NCBI GenBank assembly: GCA_947311625.1
Contig: CAMZKW010000002.1
Coordinates: forward strand, 19,013-83,012
Direction of reading: 5' to 3'
From: Candidatus Campbellbacteria bacterium
Lineage (GTDB): Bacteria > Patescibacteriota > Minisyncoccia > Phycocordibacterales > GCA-2747955
DNA length: 64,000 nt
How positions within the stretch are numbered: position 1 is the stretch's first letter; every line of letters starts with the position of its first letter. Positions 1 to 13,687 of the stretch are shown in pieces. Both the position numbers and the translations under genes were made by a program. A model generated the notes under the pieces. The model ran no database searches and was not told the origin of the DNA. It worked only from the letters and a program-made list of their open reading frames with translations.

Positions 1-885
1 CTATGGAAGCCAATTCTTCCAAAGCCACAAAATTAGAAATAATTGCTTTTTTCTTTGCTAAAAGATGTGCTCCAATAGCCATGGTGACTGAAAGTACAGT
101 TGATAAAGCAACGGGGATTGAAGCAATTGCTAAAACCAAAGAAAAACTAAGAGTATCCACAAAAGATTTTCCTTCTATAAAATATAGATAAATAAAAGTT
201 ATAACTACCAAAACAGAAGATAAAATAATTAAAAACCTTCCAATGGATAAAATCGCTTTTTGAAAATGACTTTCTTCTAAATTTTCTGCTTTGGCAACAA
301 GGTGAGCTGCATTACCAATAAATGTGTCTTTTCCTATTTTAGTAACTTCCATAACCACAAGTCCTTTTTCTAAAATAGAAGATGCAAAAACTTCATCACC
401 TTTTTTTTTTCTACCGGAAGTGATTCTCCTGTAATAGTTGATTGATTAAAAAGAGTATCTTTTAATTCTAAAATCTTTCCATCTGCTGGAGCTATATCCC
501 CTATTGATAATTTTACAATATCTCCCGGAACCAACTCTCTAGCATCAATTTCAGAAAATTTTCCATTTCTTAAAACTATAGCCGTGGGGGCTAGATTTTC
601 TTTCAAAACATCAAGAGCTTTTTTTGCTTTTCTTTCTTGAAAAAAATCAACAGATAAATTTACTAAAAGTAAAATCAAAATTATTCAAAAATCAGACCAG
701 TGAGAAACTACGGCTGATAATAAAAGAGCAGTTTCTATCATTAAAGGTATTGGAGAAAATATTTTTTTAAATAATTTTCCTAAAAAAGTTTTTTCTTTTT
801 CTTTAATTTCATTGAAACCAAATTTTTTTTGAAGTTCTTTAACTTTCTCTGAATTTAATCCTTGATATTCTTTTTCATTAAACAT
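1..885 (-). CDS. P-type cation-transporting ATPase, N-terminal ~295 codons. It runs off the left edge and its frame is broken in an A10 homopolymer.
   Basis: ATG at 885-883 (MFNEKEYQGL...). N-terminal TM helices and the actuator motif TGESLPVEKK are present. There is one in-frame TGA (687-685). After the T10/A10 run at 401-410 the family-typical continuation GDEVFASSILEKG...IASIPVALSTVLSVTMAIGA reads in a shifted frame: the run has 10 A, and 11 or 8 would keep the frame. Confidence 0.8.
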
Positions 886-918
886 AAAATATATTATATC
901 ATTTTTAAATAAAAAAAA

Positions 919-1180
919 TTAAAATAAATTTTTTAGAAATTTTAATCTTTTTTTTTCTGGCATTTTTTTAATAGCGTAACGGAGAGCGATACGAGGAATT
1001 TTTTTATAGTTAGTGTGCAAAAATTCTTCGCAATTTTCCGCAAATCCGGAACACTTACACTAATAAAAATATCTCCTTTTCCGTATTCTCCCTTTCCAGT
1101 TTTAAAAAATCTTTCGTTAGCCTTTTTCTTTCTGGAGAGGAATATTTTTTTAGTTCTTTTTTAATTTTTTTAATTAACAT
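919..1180 (-). pseudogene. Remnant of a second AlkD-like DNA alkylation repair gene, with an N-terminal piece fused to a C-terminal piece plus a frameshift.
   Basis: The DNA is clearly homologous to both ends of the 3020-3751 gene. N-terminal side: ...ANERFFKTGKGEYGKGDIFISVSVPDLRKIA. C-terminal side, in another frame: EEFLHTNYKKIPRIALRYAIKKMPEKK. The middle ~150 codons are missing and there is a 1-nt deletion in an A run. Confidence 0.6.
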
Positions 1181-1360
1181 AAAATAATCTTAACATTATA
1201 AAAAAATATCTTAAACCTAAATTAATAAAATATTAATTTTATGTAAAAAAAAAACTTAACCGATATTTTTTTGATTTTCTTTATCACTCTCCAACAACAC
1301 TATTTTTAATCCTGTAAATCTATCATACAAATCATCTTTTTTAATAAAAACAAAATACAA

Positions 1361-1753
1361 CTCTATCAAAAAATAAATTATACATAAAGGAAATAGAAAA
1401 CACAAACCAAATAAAACTGATCCATATTTTAATCAAAATCTAAAAAATAAATTTCTATATACAATTATTTTTTTCTCATCTTCTTTTATACTAACTATTT
1501 TTAGCTTAACAAGCTTATAACCCAATGTTTGACCATCTTTAAAATAAAAAAATGTTTGAATCATAAAAATTATTATTGTTAATAACAAAGAAAAATAATA
1601 AATCATTGTAGATGTTTTAGAAGGTCCACTATTTGACAACCCACTTCCATCTAAAAACAAGCTTGAAATAATTAATATTATAAGAATAATAAAATATGGA
1701 GTAAAATCTATTAATCCGGCTTTTAATCTTTTTTTTAAAAAACTCTTTTTCAT
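1361..1753 (-). CDS. RDD-family small membrane protein
   Basis: ATG at 1753. The N-terminus RLKAGLIDF and the motif DGQTLGYKLVKLKIV resemble RDD domain proteins. Merged across TGA at 1435-1433 and 1366-1364; TAG stop at 1363-1361. Confidence 0.55.
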
Positions 1754-1815
1754 AAAAATATATTAACATAAAATACTCTATAATAAAAATTAAACCTTCT
1801 AATAAAATAAAATCC

Positions 1816-1838
1816 GAAATTTTGCTTCGCAAAATTTC
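1816..1838. terminator. GC-cored hairpin GAAATTTTGC-TTC-GCAAAATTTC (family 1)
   Basis: Perfect 10-bp stem directly 3' of the minus-strand gene 1867-2904, with a T-rich tract following on the minus strand. Confidence 0.7.
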
Positions 1839-1866
1839 TGCTTTTCAGATTTCCTATCCTAAAAAA

Positions 1867-2904
1867 TTATTTTATTTCCCCTTTTTCAATCAATAATTTT
1901 TTACCAACTGTGTTTTTTATTTTTGTATCCGTTGTATCTCCATGTTTTTTCAAAAATGTTTCTTCAAATTTTACAGTCCCACAAAATTGTGCAATTTTTT
2001 TAACTCCTCCTGGGTGAATAGGTAAGAACTTTGTAACATCATAAACATTTCCTTTATAAACCACTCAACAATCTGATTCGGAATTATGTTTTTTCAATTC
2101 ATCCTTAGTAATTACTCCATCTATTTCAGCTAACATTTCTTTTGCTTTTTTTCCTCCACCCATAGCCTCTTCTTCCATATGTTTTTTACCAGAATTAACT
2201 GCCTCTAACAACTGTGCCTCTGTGATATATTTTGGATTAAAATCACCACCAACTCTTTTTAGATTTCTATAAAATGCAGACATGTGATGTTTAGATTGTT
2301 TTAGCAAAGTACTATATGCTAACTTTAAATCTTTTTTATCAGTTACATTTCCATATTTTATTAAATTAGCCATATTTATATCTTCCACCATTGCTCCAAC
2401 TTCAAAAGCATCTTTATCTGATTTTTTACCTTTTTCTGTTAATTCTTTGTATAATTTTGTAAATTTAGTATTTGTAAAGACACCCTGTTCTGATTCATCT
2501 TTTACAGGATCTTCTAAATCATACCTATCAATCAACTGATCAAAAACATCCATGTGTCTATTTTCAGAAACTGGAATATTTACAAAAGCTTTTGATTTTG
2601 TAGTTTTTGATAATTCCCTATAAATATCTCTTGCCATTTTTTCTTCCTCTCTCATGTGAATAATAGCTAACTTTTCATCTTCTGTTAAAATTCCTTTTTT
2701 GAAAGTTGAAAAATCAACTGTATGTTCATCACCATGTTTATCTTTTTTTTCAAACATTTCCTCATGTTTTTCCATTGTTTCTATAGACACTTCTTTTATT
2801 TCTTCTTTTACAGAATCTACAAATTTTCCTTTGTAAGTTGAATTTCCAAAATACAATGCCGCCAAAGCAACTAAAACCACTACTACTAATATTAATTTTT
2901 TCAT
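1867..2904 (-). CDS. Membrane-anchored fusion of a DUF2202 (ferritin-like) domain and a C-terminal cytochrome b5-like heme-binding domain
   Basis: N-terminal hydrophobic anchor (LILVVVVLVALAALYF). The middle section resembles DUF2202 (EEEKMARDIY...ENRHMDVF...EVGAMVEDINM...KHHMSAFYRNL). The C-terminus HNSESDC[TGA]VVYKGNVYDVTKFLPIHPGG matches the cytochrome b5 signature (DCW...VYDVT.F...HPGG). Merged at TGA 2067-2065. Confidence 0.75.
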
Positions 2905-3019
2905 AATCTTTTTATTTAATTTATTTTTAATTTCTATTATTATAACATTTTTTTAAAAAAAATAAAATTTCTTAATATTAAAAAAACTAAATTTTTTTTT
3001 ATAAAAATTTTAGTCTTTT

Positions 3020-3751
3020 TTATTTTGGCATTTTTTCAATGGCATAGCGTAAAGTTGTTCTGGGAATTTTATTATAATTGATGTGCAAAAATGCTTCGCA
3101 TTTTTGTGCACTCCTTTCAGCTCTCTTCCAAACCCCTCTCAACATCCAACCAACTGCCTTATGAATTAAATCTTCTTTGTCTTCCAAAAGAATTTTTGAA
3201 ATTTTCAAAGTTTCTGAAAGTTTATTTTCCCTGATAAAAGCAAATGTTGAAATAATGGCAATTCTGCGATATCAAAGTTTTTTTGATTTTGCTAATTTTT
3301 CTAAAATTTCTTTTTTTTTCAAACCATCCAAAATAGCCTGTCCTAAAATCTTATGGGCCGAAATATCAACCAAATCTAAATTATTTACAAAAATTTTATT
3401 TTTCAAATAAAATTTCAAAATTCTTCTCTGATTTTTTAAATACAATGATTCCGGTGATACTCGGTATCTTGCAAAAAGATTTACAAGAAAAATAAGAGAT
3501 AAAAGTCGTTCCTCGCGTATCTTTGATGAAACTAATTTTTCTAAAACTGAAAAATCATTTTTTTTAATTTGAGAAAAAACCTCCGCGGAAAATTGATTTC
3601 CAATTTTCCGCAAATCCGGCACCCTAACCCTAACAAAAACATCCCCTTCTCCATATTATCCTTTTCCTAACTTAAAAAATATTTCGTTGGCCTTTTTTCT
3701 TTTAAGAGAAGAATATTTTTTTAGTTCTTTTTTAATCTTTTTTAATAGCAT
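3020..3751 (-). pseudogene. AlkD-like DNA alkylation repair protein (HEAT-repeat glycosylase family) with an in-frame TAA
   Basis: Full-length frame from ATG 3751: MLLKKIKKELKKYSSLKRKKANEIFFKLGKG*YGEGDVFVRVRVPDLRKIG...KAVGWMLRGVWKR...RYAIEKMPK. The TAA at 3658-3656 occupies the position where the paralog remnant at 919-1180 has GAA (GKGEYG). One TGA (Trp) lies at 3274-3272. Confidence 0.7.
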
Positions 3752-3784
3752 TGAATAATTTTAACAGATTTAAAAACAAAAATC

Positions 3785-3807
3785 GAAATTTTGCTCCGCA
3801 AAATTTC
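3785..3807. terminator. Hairpin GAAATTTTGC-TCC-GCAAAATTTC (family 1)
   Basis: Same stem as 1816-1838. It lies 3' of minus-strand gene 3890-4312 and a T run follows on the minus strand. Confidence 0.7.
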
Positions 3808-3889
3808 TACTTTTTTTTAATTTCCCTAAAATATTATTTTTTTAACTTTTTATCCTCACAAATAAACAAAAGACTTTCTTATTTTTTTT

Positions 3890-4312
3890 TTATTTTTTAT
3901 CCTTTATTAAACAAGCACAAGGACAATTTAGACCTTCAATTTTTCCAATTAATTCTCCATCATAATTTGTTTCGCCGAGAGTATTAAAAACTTCTCCACC
4001 TTTAGCTGCACAATCTTTTTCTTTTATTACATTTGTTGGCAATTCTATTGTATTACTTTTTATTGGTATAAAATCTAACTTTGGTTTAGACTCTGGACAT
4101 TTTGCAAATTTACAATTTGGACCAGTTCTACCTACAAAAGTACCATTGACACATAATTTTACTTCCTGTGTGCAAATTTTACCATTTCTTTGATTATCAT
4201 AACTGGTCTCATTATTATTAATAATTGGTTCTATCTGGTTATTATTTTTATAAATTAAATATCCGCTAATCAAAATTACCAATGCCACTAGTCCTAAAAT
4301 TATTTTTTTCAT
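3890..4312 (-). CDS. Small secreted or anchored Cys-rich protein (hypothetical)
   Basis: 140-aa uninterrupted ORF with an N-terminal hydrophobic segment and 9 Cys. An extended -10-like AGTTATAAT (4327-4319) sits 6 nt upstream of the ATG. Confidence 0.5.
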   Translation of the reverse strand: MKKIILGLVALVILISGYLIYKNNNQIEPIINNNETSYDNQRNGKICTQEVKLCVNGTFVGRTGPNCKFAKCPESKPKLDFIPIKSNTIELPTNVIKEKDCAAKGGEVFNTLGETNYDGELIGKIEGLNCPCACLIKDKK

Positions 4313-4350
4313 AAATTTATTATAACTTTTTTTAATTAAAAAACAAAAGC

Positions 4351-4402
4351 AGAAATTTTGCCCCCTGTCTGCATGTGACGCACAGGCAGGAGCAAAATTT
4401 CT
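4351..4402. repeat. Family-1 hairpin whose loop is replaced by a ~30-nt GC-rich imperfect palindrome
   Basis: Outer stem AGAAATTTTGC / GCAAAATTTCT. The insert CCTGTCTGCATGTGACGCACAGGCAGG shares ACAGGCAGG and CCTGTC with the hairpin beside the RAYT gene (13631-13647). Confidence 0.6.
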
Positions 4403-4411
4403 ACTTTTATT

Positions 4412-5050
4412 TTATTTTAAATCTAAATAAGATATTTTTTGAAATCCGTCTCTATTTTTATCAATAAAATCATTCAACAAAATGATATTTTCTACATCTT
4501 TTTCTCTATCTTTATTAAAACTTGATTTAGAATTTTTATCAAATTTACCAGGATGGAACAAAATAGTAACACTACCATCATCTAATTTAGAAACTAGCTC
4601 TTTAATTTCTTCAAAAGTTTTAAAGCTTCCAGTTATCTTTTTATGAGTAGTTGTTAATTTATTTTTATCACCATCCAGATTTCTATAAAAAATATTATTT
4701 TTTATAGAAAATTCTTTTATGGATTTTTGACCTTCCTCTCTATAAGAATATTTATGCATATCTAAAAATACTGGCTCAAAATCAAAGATTTCTATAAATT
4801 TTTTATATTGTCTTTCAATTTCGGAATAAAAACTTGTTTTTTTTAAATCAATATTTTCAAAATCAACATGTAACCCCAATCTGTTTGGATATTTTTTAAT
4901 TTTTTTAATCTGTTCTTTTTGATTATCTTGTATATAATCAATCATGATGGATACGCTATCAATTTTATTATCTTCTAATAAAAATAATATACTTTCATTA
5001 AATACTTTTGAATAACCAAAATCATCAGCGTTAATAATTATTTTTTTCAT
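4412..5050 (-). CDS. YdjC/ChbG-like carbohydrate deacetylase family protein
   Basis: The N-terminus MKKIIINADDFGYSKVFNESI matches the YdjC family start (iiNADDfG.s..vn). 212-aa intact ORF. TGTTATAAT (5065-5057) lies 6 nt upstream of the ATG. Confidence 0.65.
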   Translation of the reverse strand: MKKIIINADDFGYSKVFNESILFLLEDNKIDSVSIMIDYIQDNQKEQIKKIKKYPNRLGLHVDFENIDLKKTSFYSEIERQYKKFIEIFDFEPVFLDMHKYSYREEGQKSIKEFSIKNNIFYRNLDGDKNKLTTTHKKITGSFKTFEEIKELVSKLDDGSVTILFHPGKFDKNSKSSFNKDREKDVENIILLNDFIDKNRDGFQKISYLDLK

Positions 5051-5071
5051 ACTTTAATTATAACACTTAAA

Positions 5072-5100
5072 AAAAACAAAAGCATAAATTTTGCTCCGCA
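5072..5100. terminator. Hairpin GCATAAATTTTGC-TCC-GCAAATTTTATGC (family-1 variant)
   Basis: 13-bp stem with one mismatch, immediately 3' of the 5S rRNA on the minus strand. Confidence 0.65.
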
Positions 5101-5181
5101 AATTTTATGCTTTTCATATCTTTTATCTTTTCAAAGTTAATCATAATTTTTATTTTAATATAAAAATAAAAAAAAGCGACT

Positions 5182-5295
5182 TTGTGTCGGCGAATAGTTA
5201 CTTTCCCAATAAATAGTATCATCACCAGTACTGGACTTAACTTCTGTGTGCGAAATGAGAACAGGTGTACCCCCAGTCTCTAATCACCAACACAA
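5182..5295 (-). rRNA. rrf: 5S rRNA
   Basis: The terminal helix pairs TTGTGTTGGTGA with TCGCCGACACAA. An internal block CACACAGAAGTTAAGTCCAGTACTGG resembles the conserved 5S loop region. It lies ~150 nt downstream of the 23S 3' end. Confidence 0.85.
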
Positions 5296-5449
5296 AATAT
5301 CTTTTTTTTGAATCTATTGACTCAATGGTAAACTCAAATAAAATTTAAATTTACCATTGAATCAACAATTAAATATAACAAGTGCAGTTTGTATTCCAAC
5401 AAAAAGGTTACCAGAAAGTGAATCACTTTCTTGAAACTTTCTAATGAAA

Positions 5450-8856
<3,407 letters not shown>

Positions 8857-9186
8857 TTTCATCAGAAAATTTCAAAAATATGATTCTCAGTTTTAATAAA
8901 TTAAAACTGAATTAATAAGCCATCTAATCCGAAACCTGTATCAACTAAATAAATTTAATTGATAAGTTCTCTTACTTAAATGTTTATGTTTTTTTACGAG
9001 TAACCTTTTTGTTTTTTTTAACTGTTTTTTTTACTGTATGTAAAAATAATAATTATTTTTTCAAGTGTCCAATATATAAAATATATTATAATTAGACTCA
9101 ATGAAAATACAAATTGTTACCTGTTATATTCAATTGTCAAAGTTCAATACTCCAAATAAGAATTACTTCAAATTTGCAGTGGGAGT

Positions 9187-9215
9187 ATTATATATTTTTT
9201 CATTTTAAAAGTCAA
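9187..9215 (-). promoter_or_regulatory. Canonical sigma70-type promoter TTGACT-N17-TATAAT upstream of the 23S-5S unit
   Basis: Minus strand: TTGACT (9215-9210), a 17-nt spacer, then TATAAT (9192-9187). It lies about 330 nt upstream of the mature 23S 5' end with no gene in between. Confidence 0.6.
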
Positions 9216-9294
9216 ACATTTTTTAAATATTTTTTTTTAAATTGGGGATAACTTGTTAATACAAAATAATAAAATAGCACAGATGTCAACTGTA

Positions 9295-9936
9295 CTATTT
9301 TTCAATTTTTTTTATCCTGTAATGGCCCACTAATTCTGTTGGTCATATATCTATAATATCTGCTAATTGAACACCTCTGCCATGATTAGATATAACATAG
9401 GGAATGCCGTCACTTCTTCTCAGGGAGGATATAACTGCGATGTGATCTTTTCAAATAATCAAATCACCACCCTTTCATTCTTTTAAATATTTTTTGTCAA
9501 ATGATAAAGGTAAACTTTTTTCAAATCTTTTAAAATAAATATTTAAATTTTTTGCTCTTCTAAAATTTATATTTATATCTGGACTGTCTCTATATAATTT
9601 AGGATGTTTTTTAATATCATTAAAAACTTTTTTTCTTAAATCATAGCCTAAGGATTTTAATGCATCTCCAACTACATCTGTGCATACCCCAGTACTTTTA
9701 TCCAGTGGCCTACCGGAGTTATAATATCTCTGAGAAAAATCATAGGTTATAACTTTTCCAATTTGTTTCTTTGCTTCTCTTTCTAAAATATTTTTTGGTT
9801 CATTTTTGTATCTTATTTCTGTAAAATAGTTTATTATTTTATTTATTTTTTGTGGTTTTATATTAAAATAAGCAAAAGTAAGGACCCCGAATAATAAAAC
9901 AAATAAACCAATCATAAATAAAAATATTTTTTTCAT
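9295..9936 (-). CDS. DUF1287-like secreted or anchored protein
   Basis: N-terminal TM segment. Family-like blocks are GVCTDVVGDALKSLGYDL, INFRRAKNL and GDLII[TGA]KDHIAVIS...SNHGRG. Merged at TGA 9477-9475 and 9453-9451; TAG stop at 9297-9295. TGTTAAAAT (9951-9943) lies 6 nt upstream of the ATG. Confidence 0.6.
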
Positions 9937-10008
9937 AAAATAATTTTAACATATTAAAAAATATTTTTTAATAAAAAAAACATATATATGTTTTTTTTAT
10001 ATTTTTTG

Positions 10009-10090
10009 TACCCGCGAGAGGGCTCGAACCTCCATGGATTGCTCCACTGGTTCCTAAGACCAGCGCGTCTACCAATTCCGCCACACGGGC
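10009..10090 (-). tRNA. tRNA-Leu (anticodon UAG), long variable arm, no encoded CCA
   Basis: GCCCGTGTGGCGGAATTGGTAGACGCGCTGGTCTTAGGAACCAG...GGTTCGAGCCCTCTCGCGGGTA folds as a cloverleaf with anticodon loop CTTAGGA. Confidence 0.9.
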
Positions 10091-10152
10091 ATACAAAGTA
10101 AAAAGATTATAACATTAAATATTTAAAAATCAATATATGTTAAAATTACCTT

Positions 10153-10833
10153 ATGAATAAAAATATATTACATTCTGGAATTATATGAATAGCTTCAGGA
10201 ATATTATTTATAATCTATGAATTTTTAAATATATATTTCGATCTAAATATTCCTGGATTAAAAGAGATTATAAATTTACTTAATAACTCACCTGATTATT
10301 TAATTTTTATAATATCTTTTTTGGTTATGTTTATTGAAGGACTCTATATATTGGGAAACTTTTTTCCAGGCTCAAGTATTATTATTACAATAACATCTCT
10401 TAGTCAATACGATGGAAATGGAAAATTTATTTTAATAATTTTTATAATATTCCTATCATGAACATCGTCTGGCATAATAAATATGTGGATAGCTAAAAAA
10501 TATAAATATATTTTAGAAAAAAGATACCCTCCTAAAAAAAATAAAATATTTATGGTAAAAGATAATATTTTGGGTACATGGTTTCCATCATTTCGTTCTA
10601 ACTACGAGGTATCCCAAATACTTGAAGGCGGTATATTTTCTGAAGTATTAAAATCTTCTCTTCGTGTAAAGTTTTTTATTAGTATTATTATGGGTTTAAT
10701 ATCTTATTCCATTGCTATATTATGAGATGTGAAAAAAATTGATGATAATGAAGGATTAATTTTTACCATATTTATCTCTATAATTATGATAATCGTTGGG
10801 GTAAAAAAAATTAAAGATTATAAAAAATCTTAA
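10153..10833 (+). CDS. DedA/VTT-like polytopic membrane protein
   Basis: ATG at 10153. FIEGLYILGNFFPGSSII resembles the DedA motif. Merged at three in-frame TGAs (10186, 10459, 10723); TAA at 10831. Confidence 0.5.
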
Positions 10834-10871
10834 TTTTTTTATGGCAAAATAATTTTAGAATAAGAATAAAA

Positions 10872-11065
10872 TTTAGTTTTTTTCTTTGATGGAAAAATGC
10901 TCAAAAAGTTGAAGAGTTTATTTCACAGCCAGAGAAATATTTGATTTTAAAATCACCGCATCCATCACCCCTTGGAGATTACAGAGGTTTTTTTTTAGAA
11001 ATAAATATTTTTCTAAGACTAATGATTACTTAAAAAGTAAAAATAAAAAAATTATCAACTGATAG
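10872..11065 (+). pseudogene. ung: C-terminal remnant of uracil-DNA glycosylase (family 1 UNG), truncated and frameshifted
   Basis: FFL[TGA][35 protein letters not shown] aligns with E. coli VFLLWGSHAQKK...VLKAPHPSPLSAHRGFF. After a T9 run (10988-10996) the rest ([20 protein letters not shown][TGA]) continues in another frame, matching NHF..AN.WL......IDW. The catalytic N-terminal ~150 aa are absent. Confidence 0.7.
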
Positions 11066-11135
11066 TTTTTTATTTATTAATTTCATACTTAACTAGTAAA
11101 TCTAAATATTTTTTCTGAATATTATCTTTAAAATA

Positions 11136-11537
11136 TTAATTTTTTAATTTATCTATTTTTTTATCTTTTACAATGTCTTTCACTTCTCCAAGATAAAAAC
11201 CATCTGGTGTTGCAATAAATAATTTTGCAGTCCCTCAATATCCCTGTATTTCCCTAGCCACTGAAACTACTCCTCTTAGGTCAAGTCTATACTTTACCTC
11301 AATCAAACAAACTTCATGGGTCTTATTATTGACAACAACAAAATCAGGAGATTTTCTTAACAAATCTAATGTTTCTGTTTGTATTTTATTATCTGTTTTT
11401 AGAACCTCTGGTGTTGTGTGTTCGTAACCAAAACGTAAAACATTAAATAAGTATTTATTATCAAATTTTGCATTTCTAAACATTTGTTCAAATATTGTTT
11501 CTGCTATCCTACCTTTTATTAACATATCTGTATTCAC
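11136..11537 (-). CDS. Small PD-(D/E)XK nuclease-fold protein (hypothetical)
   Basis: 133 aa merged at TGA 11237-11235. The motif SPDFVVVNNKTHEVCLIEVKYR fits D...E-x-K of the restriction-endonuclease-like fold. Confidence 0.45.
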
Positions 11538-11653
11538 CCCTAAATTATATCAAAAAAGATGGGGTTTTTGAAGTAAAGACCTGATTTTTTTATCCTATAT
11601 TTTTATTATAAAACTGATAAGTTTAAAAAAAATAAATTTTAAATAAAAAACTA

Positions 11654-11740
11654 GAAAAATTTTATGCTGAGTGAGGAGAGAAAGTGAAATGTATAAATAT
11701 ACTTTGAACTTTCTCGACAAAACTCAGCTTAAAATTTTTC
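11654..11740. terminator. Long (87 nt) AT-rich compound hairpin 3' of lepA
   Basis: Outer stem GAAAAATTTTATGCTGAGT / ACTCAGCTTAAAATTTTTC (19 bp, 1 mismatch). Inner stem GAGAAAGT / ACTTTCTC. T runs lie on both sides. Confidence 0.5.
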
Positions 11741-11755
11741 GGTTTTTTGTTAAAA

Positions 11756-13555
11756 TTAATCATTTTTCATCATTTTAAGAAATACATCCTGTCCGATATC
11801 AACCTTACCCATCCCTTTCATCTTCTTTTTTCCTTTCTTTTGTTTTTCCAAAAGTTTTTTCTTCCTTGTAATATCTCCCCCGTAAAGTTTTCCCGTTACA
11901 TCCTTTCTATATGCCTTAACAGTTTTTGAAGATAAAATTCTACCAGAGACTTTTGCTTGAACTTTCATAACAAAGTTTTGTCTCGGTAAAACTGAATGAA
12001 GTTTTTCTACAGCTTTTTCCGCTTCTTCTTGCATTCTAACTGATGAAACAATTTTTGCAAAAGCTACAACTATTTCATCTGCTACTAAAATATCCATTCT
12101 TGTGACATCAGCCTTTCTGTAACCATCGGGTTCATAGGATAAAGAGGCATAGCCAGAAGTTTCTGATTTTAATTCATCAAAAAATCCTCTCATCAATTCT
12201 CTCAAAGGAACCTCTGCAATAATTTCAACTCTACCATCACCAAAATCTAAATTTGAAATCACTTGACCTTCGTGTCTATAAAATAATTGTGAAATTGTAC
12301 CAGAATAATCTCCCGGAGAAATTATTTTAGCCTTTACCCAAGGTTCCTCCACCACAGAAACATCTCCATGGTCTGGAAACAATGATGGATTATAAATTAT
12401 TTGTTCTTCCCCAGATTTTAATTTAATTTTATAAACAATGGTGGGCTGAGTAATTATTAAATTCATATCGTGCTCCCTTCTTAACCTTTCGGTGATAATT
12501 TCTAAATGAAGCATTCCTAAAAAACCACATCTATAGCCGCGACCAAGAGAACCAGAAGTTTCTTCTTCAAATGTTAAAGATGAGTCAGATAATTTTAATC
12601 TTAAAAGAGCCTGTCTTAAATTATCAAATTCATCTTGAGATTCTGGATAAAGAGAAGCTCAAACAACTGGTTTTGGTTTTTCGTATCCTTCCGTTGATTC
12701 CACTGGATTTTTAAAAGAAGTAATAATATCACCCACGGAAGCAATTCCTGGTTTTTTAATACCAGTTACTATATATCCAATTTCACCGGGACCTAATTTA
12801 TTAACTTCTTTTTCAAATGGGGTAAAAATACCAACTTCTCCAGATTTAAATTTTTGATTAGCAACTTTAAATAAAAGTTCTTCATTTTTTTTCACTTCTC
12901 CAGAAAAAATTCTAACAAAAACTATAATACCTTTATTATCATGGTAGGAAAAATCAAAAATCAAGGAATCTAATTTATCATCATTTTTTATTTCTGGTGC
13001 TGGGACTGACTTTATTATTTCACTAATTAAATCAGGGATACCTTCTCCAGTTTTTCCAGAAGTCTCAATTATATCTTCCATTTCTACATCAAGTAAAATT
13101 GCAATTTCTTCTTTTACTTCATCAACTCTTGCTATTGGAGAATCAACTTTTGACAAAGCTGGGATAATTTTTAATCCAGCTTTTTTTGCCATATCTAATG
13201 TTGTTAAAGTTTGAGCCTGAACCCCTTGAGTTGCATCCACCAAAAGAACTGCTCCTTCAACTGCTTTCATGGCTCTCGAAACTTCGTAGGAAAAATCAAT
13301 GTGCCCTGGAGTATCGATTAAATTTAAAATATAATCTTCACCATTTTCTTTATGCTCCATCCTTACTGGTTGCATTTTTATGGTTATACCTCTCTCCTGT
13401 TCCAATTCCATTGTATCTAAAACTTGGTCATGCATTTTTCTTTTTTCAACGGTATTTGTAGCGTCCAACATTCTATCGGATAAAGTAGATTTTCCGTGAT
13501 CAATATGGGCAATTATAGAAAAGTTTCTAATATTTTTAATATTCATATTTTTCAT
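11756..13555 (-). CDS. lepA: Elongation factor 4 (LepA)
   Basis: N-terminus IRNFSIIAHIDHGKSTLSDR, then DTPGHIDF and the C-terminal LepA domain (GYRCGFLGMLHLEII...GKLYGGDITRKKKLLEKQKKGKKKMK). Pieces 12659-13555 and 11756-12514 are in one frame, joined through TGA 12661-12659. Confidence 0.95.
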
Positions 13556-13622
13556 ACTATCATTTTTTATTTAAATTTACAATGAATAGTTTTTTTTAAA
13601 AAAACTAATTTTTTAATTTCCA

Positions 13623-13687
13623 AATTTTCAACAGGCAGGGCCTGTCCTTTTTTAATAAAAAAGGACAGGTCCTGCCTGTTGAAAATT
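13623..13687. repeat. 65-nt near-perfect hairpin (31-bp stem) abutting the RAYT stop codon
   Basis: AATTTTCAAC-AGGCAGGGCCT-GTCCTTTTTT / AAAAAAGGAC-AGGTCCTGCCT-GTTGAAAATT, with one G-T wobble and a 3-nt loop. Each arm also contains its own small palindrome (ACAGG..CCTGT). Confidence 0.85.
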
